Shown here piece by piece: positions 28,781 through 39,210 of a DNA stretch of 64,000 nucleotides. A model generated the notes under the pieces. It was not told the DNA's origin, searched no databases, and saw only the letters and a program-made list of their open reading frames with translations. Where the stretch lies: IMG/VR virus record IMGVR_UViG_3300035670_000028, positions 1 through 64,000 of that record; one strand, 5' to 3'. Position 1 is the first letter of the stretch. Each line of letters opens with the position of its first letter. This DNA comes from a virus. The position numbers and the translations under genes are program-made.

Positions 28781-31700
28781 TGCCAGGATCCAACAGAGGC
28801 ATTCAGCTCGGCGCCATCGGCAAGTACTACGGAATTGTCGATAGGCATGCTTTTGTGAGCATGTTGAACAACACAGGATCTGCGGGAGATGCGCTTAGTC
28901 CTCCTGAGACAACAGACATTTCTAATACGCTGGCTGATCTTCTTCTAAGCGTGAGTGAGGGTGTTCATAAGACACCGAATCTCATAGCAGAAATCAATAG
29001 GATGACAGAGGGTGCGACTGCCGCCTCAGCTGAAGTAAATGAAATAAAGCGCAAGGTTCGAGTGCTTTATGAGCCTACGGGACCGCACATATCTGATGAT
29101 GCAAAGTCTGTTGTAATGACTTCACAGGACAAGATGCCTATTTTTGGCACACTTGTACAAGGACTTCTGAGAGATGACTCTAACAAGTACTCATTTCGAA
29201 AGGTTGCAGGAATAGACGAGTCTGAGCGCATAAATGAGCCCGGGGTAGGATCTGCAGGCAGCTCCACAGCTTCAATAATTCAGGTGTTTGGTAATCACAT
29301 ATCTCCCTCCAACAGGGACGCAGGATCGCTCTCCTTTTTCATGAACGCGATTCCCACCATTGAGATAAGCAGGGCAGTTCCATTCATAGACATTGTTCTC
29401 ATACAGCAGGGACCGCACATAAACACGCAAAATGTTCTTTCTAGCCTCTCAATGGGCCAGTTTCTATTGGGCAATGTGAAGACAGATGGTATGTCAAGTA
29501 TTGAGAGGGCCTACTTGTCAGCGAATGACAGCGAGATAGTGAACGCTAACTCAGTTGATCCCGAATTCTCAGAGACAAGAACCGATGCCACAACCGGTGA
29601 GACGACATCCACACCGGCGCAAATATCCACTGCTGGAATGGAGCTTTTCACAGCGCCTCAGACGCTAGTCAATGCAGATGAGGTGCACCAGGAGATTGAT
29701 GCTGTTGACGCGTCAGATGAAAATGCTATTCGACGCCGTGCCGCACCGGTGATAGACAGATTTCGCCCTCTAATGACGCTCAAGTCAGTTAACTTTACTG
29801 TCGCGCCCTCGGGCGGAATGATGAGCATGAAGACGGGGAAAATAACTCTCACCGTTCACGATAAGTCTCGTCTCGCTGAGGTGGCAGCCTTTGTTCGTCC
29901 TGCTAGGTTTGGCACAACTCACCTGCAGATAGAGTACGGATGGGCACATCCGGACGCGCAGGCGCAGTCATCCAATAGAACGGAGGAGGCTCTGCTGTTT
30001 GGAAGCTTCATTGGGAGCCTCAGGACAAAAGAGAAGTATCAGATCGTCAACTCATCTTTCAACTTTGATGACACGGGTCAAGTTGAGGTCGATCTATCAA
30101 TATCCATGCTCTCGGAGAGAGCTGTTCAGAACGTCAACATTGGAATAACCGAGAACAGTAGTTCTCAGCTCAACAGCCTCCAGCAAACAATTGAGTTAAT
30201 AAGAACTATACGCTCACGCCTTCCTGAGTCAACAATTACCGCCATAACCGGAGATGAGGACGTAATAGGATCACTCACGAGCCCACAGTCAGCTCTGAGC
30301 TTAAGCGCTGAAGCGTTAACAGAGCTGAGAAGAATTATTGACACGACAAACAGATCTTCCACGTCGTCGCCTGATCTCGTGGCGCTCGGCGACGCGCTGG
30401 AGGAAATGATTGGAACCAGAGGTGGCCGCGGCAGAAACGCTACCGCCGCTTCAACGTCTGAGGTGGGTCGTTTGAGAGCGTCCCTGACAGATGAGATAAG
30501 GGATAAAATTGGAAAGCTCACGACAACGCAGGATCCCTTCTTTAGGCCTCTTCGCACCACCACTAAGTCAATAGGCGCCGAGCGCGGAGGCAGCGGAGTT
30601 AGCGCAGAAAATGTCAACAACTACTTCTCTCTAGGTAAAGCTATTGCAACTTTTGTCGCAGGCCCTATTGCCCGAGCAGGAAACTTCAAGGACACGCAGA
30701 TCATCTTCTACAACTTTAACGATAAGGCCTCCTACATGGGAGGCAGGAATATTGCATCATTTCTTATAAACAAGTCAGACTTTCAAAGTCTTCTTGAGGA
30801 AGAGCTCGAGCAGCTTGTCGATATGAACGTGGGGAGCTTCATTGGATTCATTAACACCTATTTCCTGTCTGATCCTGGGGCAATCTCATACGGATTTAAT
30901 GGCCTGTATGAGAGAAATAGAGATGATGAGGACAATTCCACAAGACAGTTAGTCTCACGATATCGAGAAAATGAGCCGGAGCTATTTAATGCGCAGCAGA
31001 CTATTCTTAGAGATGCTTACGGACCTGCGACTGGTGAGGTGGAGTTTAAGATGCCAACTCTCCAGATGGTCATGGAGACAGTTCCTGTCGCCCGCGCCGA
31101 AGGCACTGCGACAGGCGCAGTTGACGCTGGGAGCGACACAATACTCAGGATTCACATTTTTGACTCACAGTCGACGTCACACTCCACACTGCAGAGCTTT
31201 CTTGAGGCCAGGATGGACAATAGGATAGGAGAGCTCAACTCAGCATCACAGGCGCTCGTAAGGAGTCGAGAGCCCGATGCAGATGGAAACGACAGTGAAT
31301 CTTCCTCTTCAGCCGAGAGATCAAACTTTCAAAGGCAGCTTCAGCTTGCAATGAACGAGGGGCTTATTGAAATATGGCCTCCCACTTCAGCTCCTTCTTC
31401 AACAGACCCAGGTGCGGCTAGAATTTCGCCTAACACTGATGCGAGGTATAGGATGCGAGGAGGATTTGGAAATCTCAAGCGCTTCATAATGAGAAACATG
31501 CCGAGCATTAGGCACGGAGAGGCAAGCTCAGGAATACTATCCGCGAAGATCTCATCAATGAGTGACCCTGCGCTCTCTACGGTGAATATGCTCAGGCAGG
31601 CGAGGTCTCCCGACGCTCCCACAGACTCTAGGGAGAGGGGAATTCCTCTCCAGATAGCGCCTGTTGAGTGTCAGCTGGAGACAATTGGGTGCCCCCTGTG

Positions 31701-31959
31701 GAACTATGGGCAGCAGATCTTCATCGACTTTGGCACGGGCACAACGATCGACGCGATATACGCAGTGGGAGGAGTTGAGCACAGCATAGCGCAGGGAGAG
31801 TACAAGACCAGCGTGAAGCTCATGCCGATCAATTCCTACGCGAGGTACATATCAATGTTCGACCAGATTGACGCCGCTGTCAGCACGATAAGGGGAATTG
31901 AGGAGGGCAGCGCAAGGTCCGGCACTGGTGGGTCAGCAGCGGGCACAACCTCGCGCTGA
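28780..31959 (+). CDS. Baseplate hub-like protein
   Basis: TAATG overlap; IEYGWAHP and C-terminal IGCP..GQQIFIDFGTGT..Y.V..VEHSI..GEYKT hub-like motifs. Confidence 0.6.
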   Translation: MPGSNRGIQLGAIGKYYGIVDRHAFVSMLNNTGSAGDALSPPETTDISNTLADLLLSVSEGVHKTPNLIAEINRMTEGATAASAEVNEIKRKVRVLYEPTGPHISDDAKSVVMTSQDKMPIFGTLVQGLLRDDSNKYSFRKVAGIDESERINEPGVGSAGSSTASIIQVFGNHISPSNRDAGSLSFFMNAIPTIEISRAVPFIDIVLIQQGPHINTQNVLSSLSMGQFLLGNVKTDGMSSIERAYLSANDSEIVNANSVDPEFSETRTDATTGETTSTPAQISTAGMELFTAPQTLVNADEVHQEIDAVDASDENAIRRRAAPVIDRFRPLMTLKSVNFTVAPSGGMMSMKTGKITLTVHDKSRLAEVAAFVRPARFGTTHLQIEYGWAHPDAQAQSSNRTEEALLFGSFIGSLRTKEKYQIVNSSFNFDDTGQVEVDLSISMLSERAVQNVNIGITENSSSQLNSLQQTIELIRTIRSRLPESTITAITGDEDVIGSLTSPQSALSLSAEALTELRRIIDTTNRSSTSSPDLVALGDALEEMIGTRGGRGRNATAASTSEVGRLRASLTDEIRDKIGKLTTTQDPFFRPLRTTTKSIGAERGGSGVSAENVNNYFSLGKAIATFVAGPIARAGNFKDTQIIFYNFNDKASYMGGRNIASFLINKSDFQSLLEEELEQLVDMNVGSFIGFINTYFLSDPGAISYGFNGLYERNRDDEDNSTRQLVSRYRENEPELFNAQQTILRDAYGPATGEVEFKMPTLQMVMETVPVARAEGTATGAVDAGSDTILRIHIFDSQSTSHSTLQSFLEARMDNRIGELNSASQALVRSREPDADGNDSESSSSAERSNFQRQLQLAMNEGLIEIWPPTSAPSSTDPGAARISPNTDARYRMRGGFGNLKRFIMRNMPSIRHGEASSGILSAKISSMSDPALSTVNMLRQARSPDAPTDSRERGIPLQIAPVECQLETIGCPLWNYGQQIFIDFGTGTTIDAIYAVGGVEHSIAQGEYKTSVKLMPINSYARYISMFDQIDAAVSTIRGIEEGSARSGTGGSAAGTTSR

Positions 31960-31967
31960 TCAGTGCT

Positions 31968-31995
31968 TGTACACTGTGACACTCGAGTGTAAATT
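31968..31995 (+). promoter_or_regulatory. Sigma70-like promoter (TGTACA-N16-TAAATT), apparently leaderless
   Basis: ATG at 32002 lies 6 nt after the -10 box. Confidence 0.55.
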
Positions 31996-32001
31996 TAAGA
32001 C

Positions 32002-33207
32002 ATGCGTGTATGCATTGATCGGACAGCGCTCGGGACACCTGCGTCCCTGATCATCAACGACGATGGCACCTTCGAGTGGGGAAACGGTGACTCGTGCGAG
32101 GTGTGCCTCTTCGACAGGGACAGGTGCGACGCCCCGCTCGAGGATCTCGCCCGCATCGCGGGGCTAACCATACATGACCTGAGCGTCGCGCCAGCGCCCC
32201 AGACAAAGGCTTTCGCTTCACTCGGCGTCGAAGCGTCATCTGTGCCGTGGTTCATGGCGATGAGCAAGGAGCAGTTCACGGATCGAATCCGTGTGATATC
32301 CCAGACGATCCAGGATGTCTTTAGGGACACTCTCTTGGGCTCATATGTGAAAACATACGGACAGTGTCGGAAGTTCCTCAGAGGCCTCTCTAGGCCCACC
32401 GTTGATGTCGCTCTACTGCGCCAGCACGTCGCAGAGTGTGACTCAGGCCTGTCAGTCATCAAGTCAATCAAGAGCTTCACGCCAGGGCCCGACGGCCTCG
32501 CTCCGCGCGTGGTGTACGACCAGTTCAGCTCTGCCACAGGACGGCTCACAGTCGAGCAGGGTCCCTCCATTCTCACACTCCCAAAGTCGTGCAGGGACAT
32601 GATCAAGTCCACGACCGGAGGCAGCATCTATGAGGTGGACTTTGTCTCACTGGAGCCCCGCTTCGTGCTGCACGTGATGGGAAAGAAGCCGCCGCGAGAC
32701 ATCTACGAGAGAATTCGGCAGGATGTCTTTGGAGGTGATCTCACACGCAAGATTGTGAAGACTGCGACAATAAGCGCCCTCTACGGCTCCTCAGCAGGCC
32801 TCATATCAGAGCTCACAGGCGCCTCGGTCTCTGCCAGGTCTGTTGTTCGTCGCGTGAAGGAGTACTTTGGCGCCGAGGAGCTTGGAGCGAGGCTCGCGTT
32901 CGAGGTCGAACAAGGAGCTCTGCACAACCACTACGGCAGACCACTAATTGAGATGCGCCGAGGTGAGTCCGAGGCAAAGCTCATCAGCTACTTCGTTCAG
33001 TCCTCCTGTGTGGACACTGCTCTGTTGGGATTTTCCAAGCTGAGTGATTCATTCAAGTCTCTAGGCGCACGTCCTATTTACGTCATACACGATGCTGTGC
33101 TTGTTGATGTTCCTCCGGGTGCTGACAGTGAGTTTCTTGAATTATGTAGTGCAGGCTTGGACTTGAGTGTGGGTCACTTTGATCTCGGCGTCAACAAGGT
33201 CTCCTAG
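32002..33207 (+). CDS. Short family A DNA polymerase (polymerase domain only)
   Basis: TGRL; motif A DFVSLEPR; motif B RKIVKTATISALYG; motif C IHDAVL. Confidence 0.8.
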   Translation: MRVCIDRTALGTPASLIINDDGTFEWGNGDSCEVCLFDRDRCDAPLEDLARIAGLTIHDLSVAPAPQTKAFASLGVEASSVPWFMAMSKEQFTDRIRVISQTIQDVFRDTLLGSYVKTYGQCRKFLRGLSRPTVDVALLRQHVAECDSGLSVIKSIKSFTPGPDGLAPRVVYDQFSSATGRLTVEQGPSILTLPKSCRDMIKSTTGGSIYEVDFVSLEPRFVLHVMGKKPPRDIYERIRQDVFGGDLTRKIVKTATISALYGSSAGLISELTGASVSARSVVRRVKEYFGAEELGARLAFEVEQGALHNHYGRPLIEMRRGESEAKLISYFVQSSCVDTALLGFSKLSDSFKSLGARPIYVIHDAVLVDVPPGADSEFLELCSAGLDLSVGHFDLGVNKVS

Positions 33208-33215
33208 GTGAAATC

Positions 33216-33749
33216 ATGGCAAATGAAGAGTTTATAAGACAGCAGATACGAAGAATACTTCTTGAAGCTAACGCTGAAAGTGATGACAGCGAGTCTCCTC
33301 CTGCGCCTAAATCAAAGGCAGAGCCAGCGCCTCAAAGAGGCCAGGTCCAGAAGGGAAAGGTTGGACGCGGGAGAGTTTCAGGTGGTGTAAAGGAAGCTGA
33401 GGCCCTCGCAAATAGCAATCCCGGTGAGCTCATGAGAAAGCTGAAAATATCAGCGGTGACAGGATCAGACGAGGAGAAAGTCGAAAAGATTATGAAACAG
33501 GCTGTGAGCACGCTTAAGTCCACCAAGGGCCTCGAGCAGGCCTACAGCGGAGTCTCACTCGTCAGAGAGCAAGACACGGGCAGTGTCTACGTCAAAATTA
33601 GCCCAAACAAGTTGTCAGCAAGAAATGCTCTCATCTACATGAAGCATGTTCTAGTTGGCGCTTTCAATGCGGGTGTGCTCTCACTTGACAATGATGTGAT
33701 TCCCACCTATGAGGACGACAAGGCACTTATAAAATTTGCCAGTTCATGA
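33216..33749 (+). CDS. Protein with leader variant
   Basis: MANEEFIRQQIRRILLE N-terminus. Confidence 0.65.
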   Translation: MANEEFIRQQIRRILLEANAESDDSESPPAPKSKAEPAPQRGQVQKGKVGRGRVSGGVKEAEALANSNPGELMRKLKISAVTGSDEEKVEKIMKQAVSTLKSTKGLEQAYSGVSLVREQDTGSVYVKISPNKLSARNALIYMKHVLVGAFNAGVLSLDNDVIPTYEDDKALIKFASS

Positions 33750-33761
33750 TAGTATTGTTGC

Positions 33762-34319
33762 ATGGACGCAGAAACTATTGAGATCAACTGGAACAAGTAC
33801 GAGTCTCTCTGCAAGAGATTCAACGATGAAGGCATCAACTCGCTTCTTGAGGCGCTTGGTGAGAGGATGGCAGCATGCCCCTCTGCCATCAAGACAGAGT
33901 ACACTGGCTGCTACCCGGGTGGACTCATCGACACGACGCTGAAGATCACAGCCGCCATGAGGAAGATCAACGACACGCTCGATGACAAGCTGCCTACGTC
34001 CTCCGTTCTAAAAGTGGGCCTCTTGCACGACATCGGCAAGGTGGGTGATGAGAGCGCCGACCACTTCCTTGACCAGGACTCGGACTGGCACCGTGAGAAG
34101 CTGGGCCAGCTCTACAAGTATAATGACGAGCTTCCCAAGATGACGTACGCGCACAGGACGCTACACCTCCTTCAGCACTTTGGTGTGAAGCTCACCCGTG
34201 AGGAGTGGGAGGCAGTTGCCACCTCCGGAGGCTACCACCTCGAGGAGAATCGATTCTACGTGGGGACGAAGAACACCCTGGGTAAGGTTTTGTGCTCCGC
34301 CCGCCTTCTTGTGCTTTGA
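33762..34319 (+). CDS. HD-domain protein
   Basis: CPSA..YPGGL and LLHDIGKVG motifs. Confidence 0.75.
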   Translation: MDAETIEINWNKYESLCKRFNDEGINSLLEALGERMAACPSAIKTEYTGCYPGGLIDTTLKITAAMRKINDTLDDKLPTSSVLKVGLLHDIGKVGDESADHFLDQDSDWHREKLGQLYKYNDELPKMTYAHRTLHLLQHFGVKLTREEWEAVATSGGYHLEENRFYVGTKNTLGKVLCSARLLVL

Positions 34320-34338
34320 TCGCTCCATATTTACTAGC

Positions 34339-34638
34339 ATGAACGAGACGCAGCTTCGGGAAGCCATCAGAGCAATACTTGAGAGCGACGAGGACAAGAA
34401 AAAGTCAAAGAAGAAGAAAAATCTTCTTGTTGAGCCTGACAAGGTGGAGAAGTCCAAGAAGGACGCCGAGGCCAGCCATGAAGTTTCTGCAGGCGGAGTG
34501 CAAGGTGTTGCAGTTCCCCTCGGCGCAGGACCTCACTATCCCGCACCTGACTCTCCTGCTGTGAAGAGAATTAGAAAGCAGATCGACGTTGTCGGTCGTG
34601 CTTTTGGTGGCGCAAAACCCACCAAGAAGAAGAAGTAA
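34339..34638 (+). CDS. Small basic protein with leader variant
   Basis: MNETQLREAIRAILE, Lys-rich; ATATTTA (34327) ends 5 nt before the ATG. Confidence 0.65.
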   Translation: MNETQLREAIRAILESDEDKKKSKKKKNLLVEPDKVEKSKKDAEASHEVSAGGVQGVAVPLGAGPHYPAPDSPAVKRIRKQIDVVGRAFGGAKPTKKKK

Positions 34639-34662
34639 CACATTTGAAGATTTGGCGTTTCT

Positions 34663-34690
34663 TGAACATTTGACAACCGAAGGCTAGTCT
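34663..34690 (+). promoter_or_regulatory. Sigma70-like promoter (TGAACA-N16-TAGTCT)
   Basis: Upstream of the SSB gene. Confidence 0.45.
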
Positions 34691-34740
34691 TTATTGGCTA
34701 ATGTCAAGAACATTTGATCATTAGAAATTGAGGTAATAAC

Positions 34741-35562
34741 ATGGCAATTAATTTTGATGCAATTCGTAAGAAGTTGAACAAGCTCTCCGGCCAGAACTCC
34801 AAGCGCGACATCATGTGGCGCCCGCAGGAGGGCGAGGAGGCAACAGTGAGGCTCGTTGCGTTCCCCGACAACGACGGCCAGCCCTTCAAGGAGCGCTGGT
34901 TCTACTACAACATCGGCAACAACCCAGGCCTTCTCGCGCCGTACCAGTTCAATCGACCCGATCCCATCCAGGAGCTCATCAACAAGCTCCGCGATGATGA
35001 GAACAAGGAGTCGTACGAGCTCGCCAAGAAGCTCTATCCGAAGATGCGCGCGTATGCCGCAGTCGTCGTGCGCGGTGAGGAGGACAAGGGAGTCCGACTC
35101 TGGGCGTTCGGCAAGCAGGTGTATCAGTCGCTTCTGAACATCATGCTCGATGAGGACTACGGCGACATCACCGATCCGAAGACTGGACGCGACGTGAAGG
35201 TAACCTGCTCGAAGGCGAACGGCAAGACCTACGCCTCAACAGACGTCATGCCTCGTGGCAAGTCCTCTCCTCTCTCAGAGAGTCCGGACAAGGCGAAGCA
35301 GTGGCTCTCCAGCATTCCCAGTCTCGATGATCTCTTCACTGAGAAGTCCTACGAGGAGCTCGAGAAGATCGTCAATGACTGGATCAACGGCGATATGTCG
35401 ACCTCGTCATCTGAGATGGGAACGTCCCGCGGCGCCCCCGCTGCGGCAGCTCCCGCTGCAGCCTCCTCTGACGAGGACGATGATGCTCCCAAGCAGAAGG
35501 CATCCGGAAAGGGAGGCAAGTTCAAGAGCCTCGAGGACGCCTTCGCCGATCTCGAGGACTGA
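34741..35562 (+). CDS. ssDNA-binding protein (gp32-like)
   Basis: VRLWAFGK.VY..L, DYGDITDP..GRD motifs; acidic C-terminus. Confidence 0.85.
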   Translation: MAINFDAIRKKLNKLSGQNSKRDIMWRPQEGEEATVRLVAFPDNDGQPFKERWFYYNIGNNPGLLAPYQFNRPDPIQELINKLRDDENKESYELAKKLYPKMRAYAAVVVRGEEDKGVRLWAFGKQVYQSLLNIMLDEDYGDITDPKTGRDVKVTCSKANGKTYASTDVMPRGKSSPLSESPDKAKQWLSSIPSLDDLFTEKSYEELEKIVNDWINGDMSTSSSEMGTSRGAPAAAAPAAASSDEDDDAPKQKASGKGGKFKSLEDAFADLED

Positions 35563-35582
35563 ACTAACTAGAGTGTGAGCCA

Positions 35583-35612
35583 GCGAGCGCGCCCCGCCAG
35601 GGGTGCGTTTGC
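35583..35612 (+). terminator. GC-rich hairpin after the SSB gene (terminator or processing site)
   Basis: GCGAGCGCGCCCC-GCCA-GGGGTGCGTTTGC with G-U pairs; weak U tail. Confidence 0.4.
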
Positions 35613-35628
35613 ATTTAACGAGGGCACC

Positions 35629-36810
35629 ATGGCAAAGAACACAGAGCAAGACAGCTTCACAGATGATCTGATCAAGTCACTCAATAAGTCGCACGGATCC
35701 CGTGTGGCCTATAACCTCGCATTCGATGAGTCACCCACACACGTCAAGCGGTGGATCAGCACGGGCTCCAAGCAGCTCGACTACATCATCTCTAACCGCC
35801 GCAACGGTGGCCTTCCTGAGGGACGGATCGTCGAGATCTTCGGCCCACCCTCTATCGGTAAGTCACACATCGCCATTCAGATCGCGCGCTCCACTCAGAA
35901 GATGGGTGGAATTGTGGTCTACATCGACACGGAGAATGCCACCTCAGTCGAGAACCTTGGACTCCTCGGGGTCGACGTCAAGAAGCGCTTCGTCTATGTT
36001 GACACCCACTGCACAGAGGAGGTCCTCTCGATCGCGGAGGAGACGATCCTCAAGGCGAAGGCGATGGACAAGGACGTGCCTGTCACCATCATCTGGGACT
36101 CAGTGGCTGCAACATCACCCAAGGCTGAGCTCACAGGTGACTACGACAAGGACTCGATCGGCCTGCAGGCCCGTGCAATCTCCAAGGGCATGCGCAAGAT
36201 CACAGGCGTCATCGCCAACCAGAACGTGCTTCTCGTCTGCCTGAACCAGATTCGCACGAAGGTGGGTGTCATGTACGGCGATCCCACCACAACACCTGGC
36301 GGTATGGCGATCCCCTTCCACGCATCAGTCCGAATCAAGCTCGGTGCAGGTCAACACATCCTCAACAAGGACAAGGAGGTCATTGGCATCAATGTCTCCG
36401 CAAAGACTGTCAAGAACAAGGTGACAGCGCCCTTCAGGACCGCTGACTTTGAGATTCACTTTGGCGTCGGAATCAAGGAGCACGAGCAGCTGTTCGACAT
36501 CCTTCGGCGCCACGGTCCTGAGACCGTTAACGGCCGCACGATCGAGATAGGTGGAACCGGCGCATGGAAGACACTGACGGTGCACAACGCATCGACAGGT
36601 GAGATCATTGTCGACAAGAAGTTCTACAAGGCTGAGTTCGACAAGATTCTCTCGGACCCTGAGTACGCTGACTACCTCGATGACCTCCTCGAGGCGGCGA
36701 TGTCCAAGAAGAAGGCGACTGAGGCTGCCGACGTGGATCCGGAGTCGTACGAGGAAGTGCGTGCCATTGCGATGGATGTAGATGTGTCAGACGTCTCTCC
36801 TGAGGACTGA
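35629..36810 (+). CDS. recA: RecA/UvsX recombinase
   Basis: ISTGS..LD, GRIVEIFGPPSIGKS, YIDTE, WDSVAA, NQIR, TTPGG. Confidence 0.93.
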   Translation: MAKNTEQDSFTDDLIKSLNKSHGSRVAYNLAFDESPTHVKRWISTGSKQLDYIISNRRNGGLPEGRIVEIFGPPSIGKSHIAIQIARSTQKMGGIVVYIDTENATSVENLGLLGVDVKKRFVYVDTHCTEEVLSIAEETILKAKAMDKDVPVTIIWDSVAATSPKAELTGDYDKDSIGLQARAISKGMRKITGVIANQNVLLVCLNQIRTKVGVMYGDPTTTPGGMAIPFHASVRIKLGAGQHILNKDKEVIGINVSAKTVKNKVTAPFRTADFEIHFGVGIKEHEQLFDILRRHGPETVNGRTIEIGGTGAWKTLTVHNASTGEIIVDKKFYKAEFDKILSDPEYADYLDDLLEAAMSKKKATEAADVDPESYEEVRAIAMDVDVSDVSPED

Positions 36811-37769
36811 TGCGGCACCCGATCATCATAATTGACTCGCTGAACGTTTTCACTCGACATTTTATTGCAAATCCCACTATGAGCCGCCAGGGTCAGCAGA
36901 TCGGCGGATTTGTGGGTTTCCTCAAGGGCCTCAAGCTTCTAACGGAGAAGCTCAGGCCCAAGAGGGTGATAGTGGTGTGGGAGGGTGGTGGATCCGCTCG
37001 TCGAAGGGCAATCTTTCCTGACTACAAGCAGGGAAGCAGGCCACAGAAGCTTAACCGCTACTACGATGATGACATTCCCGACACGTACGAGAACAGGGAC
37101 TTTCAGATCAAGATGACGATTGAGGCACTGAAGCACGTTCCAGTGCAGCAGATCTACGTCTCGGACTGCGAGGCCGACGATGTGATAGGCTACATGTGCC
37201 GTCACCTCTTTCCAGAGGATCCGCTTGTTGTCGTGTCGTCTGACAAGGACCTGTACCAGCTCATCGATGACAGGGTCACGCAGTGGTCGCCTGGCCAGAA
37301 GAAGTTCATCACACCTGAGGAAGTGCACGAAAAGTTTGGTGTGTGGCCCGTGAACATGTGTGTCGTGCGAAGCTTCGTGGGAGATCCCTCTGACAGCATT
37401 CCAGGGGTCGCAGGAGCTGGCTTCAAGACAATGACCAAGAGATTCCCATTGTTGTCCGAGAAATCATCCCTGATGATCCAGGATGTCCTAGACGAGGCTT
37501 CCAGACTGTCAGCGACAAAGTCCGGCGCTAAAGTTCAGGTCCTTAAAAACATCCTTGAGGAGCAGGATATAGTGATGCGTAACTGGAAGCTCATGCACCT
37601 GGACATTTCGAACCTCTCAGGTGACCAGATTAAGAGAATAAACGACTCCGTGTCGAACTACTCGCCGAAGAAGAACAAGTTGGAGCTTATGCGCCTATTT
37701 GTAAGGCAGGGAATCCAGGACTTTGACGTGGACTCCTTCTTCATGTCTCTGAGCGCTTCAATAACTTGA
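36810..37769 (+). CDS. 5'-3' exonuclease (PolI N-terminal/T4 RNase H-like)
   Basis: IIDSLN, YKQGR-like, EADDVI, SSDKDL.QL, GDPSDSIPGV. Confidence 0.9.
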   Translation: MRHPIIIIDSLNVFTRHFIANPTMSRQGQQIGGFVGFLKGLKLLTEKLRPKRVIVVWEGGGSARRRAIFPDYKQGSRPQKLNRYYDDDIPDTYENRDFQIKMTIEALKHVPVQQIYVSDCEADDVIGYMCRHLFPEDPLVVVSSDKDLYQLIDDRVTQWSPGQKKFITPEEVHEKFGVWPVNMCVVRSFVGDPSDSIPGVAGAGFKTMTKRFPLLSEKSSLMIQDVLDEASRLSATKSGAKVQVLKNILEEQDIVMRNWKLMHLDISNLSGDQIKRINDSVSNYSPKKNKLELMRLFVRQGIQDFDVDSFFMSLSASIT

Positions 37770-37776
37770 GGAAATA

Positions 37777-39177
37777 ATGGAAGAAAAAGAGTCACAGATC
37801 GAGCTCGCGCTGAATGGTTCGTTCTCGAAGTACGGCAAGCAGTTTCAGGAGGGCATCTTTCACGGCCTGCTGACAGACCACCCATGGGCTGCTCAGATGA
37901 TGGAGGTCATGAAGCCCACCTTCTTCGACGTGAAGTACCTCGAGTTCCTGTGCGAGAAGTACTTCCTGTACCACAACAAGTACAAGTGCTTCCCATCCAT
38001 GGGCCTGCTCATTCCTCTCATCAAGGAGGACCTCGCCGAGTCGAACGACAAGATCCTCCTCGACCAGACGGTTGAGTACCTGCACAGGCTGAAGACCAAC
38101 CCCAACATGGGTGACCTCCAGTACATCAAGGACAAGTCCCTCGACTTCTGCAAGCGGCAGGTCTTCAGGGACGCGCTCGAGAAGGCTGTCGAGCTCATCT
38201 CCACGGACAAGTTCGAGTCTGTCGTCGGCCTCATGAAGGAGGCAGTCGGTGTCGGCCTTCCGAGCTCAGTTGGCCACGACTTCTTCGAGGACTTTGAGGC
38301 GAGATTCGTCAAGTCTCGGCGCCAGTGCTGCCCAACAGGCATTGCCCGCCTCGATGAGAAGGACATCCTGCAGGGTGGACTCGGTCGCGGCGAGATTGGA
38401 GTCATCACTGCGAACACTGGCGTAGGTAAGAGCCACTTCCTGGTTGCCCTTGGTGCCAATGCAATGCGTGTCGGCAAGAATGTCGTGCACTACACGTTCG
38501 AGCTCACAGAGACCGCTGTCGGCATTCGATACGACTCCAACCTCTGCGACGTCGCGTCAAATGAGGTGCCTGACAGCAAGGAGCTCATCAAGAAGCGCTA
38601 CAGCGACCTCGAGCTAGGCCGACTCATCATCAAGGAGTATCCAACAGGATCCGCATCCGTCATGACGATCAGGAACCACCTCGAGAAGCTGATGATGAAG
38701 AACTTCATTCCCAGCCTCGTTGTGATCGACTACGCGGACGTCATGAGGTCCACACGGCAGTATGACTCTCTCAGGCACGAGCTCAAGCTTATCTACGAGG
38801 AGCTTCGCAACCTGTCGATGGACATGAACATTCCAGTCTGGACAGCCTCACAGGCAAACAGGGCGTCCTCAACAGCAGAGGTTGTCGGCCTCGAGAACAT
38901 GTCAGAGGCCTACGGCAAGGCCATGGTCGCCGACGTCGTTTTGTCACTTTCTAGAAAGCCTTTGGAGAAGGATAAGGGCACCGGACGGATATTTATTGCA
39001 AAGAACCGAGCAGGTAGAGATGGAGTCGTTTTTCCTGTACACATTGACACAGCAAGGTCCAAGATTGACATCCTGGACCCCAATGAGCTCTCACTGAATG
39101 AGGCCGTGATGCAGGATGAGTCGACAATGAAGGACTTGCTTAAGCAAAAGTGGAAGGAAGTCAGCAACGCATCTTGA
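37777..39177 (+). CDS. DnaB-like replicative helicase (gp41-like)
   Basis: ANTGVGKS Walker A, IIKEYPT, VIDYAD, WTASQANR, KNRAG. Confidence 0.9.
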   Translation: MEEKESQIELALNGSFSKYGKQFQEGIFHGLLTDHPWAAQMMEVMKPTFFDVKYLEFLCEKYFLYHNKYKCFPSMGLLIPLIKEDLAESNDKILLDQTVEYLHRLKTNPNMGDLQYIKDKSLDFCKRQVFRDALEKAVELISTDKFESVVGLMKEAVGVGLPSSVGHDFFEDFEARFVKSRRQCCPTGIARLDEKDILQGGLGRGEIGVITANTGVGKSHFLVALGANAMRVGKNVVHYTFELTETAVGIRYDSNLCDVASNEVPDSKELIKKRYSDLELGRLIIKEYPTGSASVMTIRNHLEKLMMKNFIPSLVVIDYADVMRSTRQYDSLRHELKLIYEELRNLSMDMNIPVWTASQANRASSTAEVVGLENMSEAYGKAMVADVVLSLSRKPLEKDKGTGRIFIAKNRAGRDGVVFPVHIDTARSKIDILDPNELSLNEAVMQDESTMKDLLKQKWKEVSNAS

Positions 39178-39210
39178 TGCTGCGTCGGTGCTTTTGAAGC
39201 AGGAGAGTCT

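Noticed and set aside
7330-31959. Bacterial contractile injection system (eCIS/tailocin), suggested by two sheath genes
   Set aside because: Neck proteins and a full phage replication block are linked, which indicates a phage genome.
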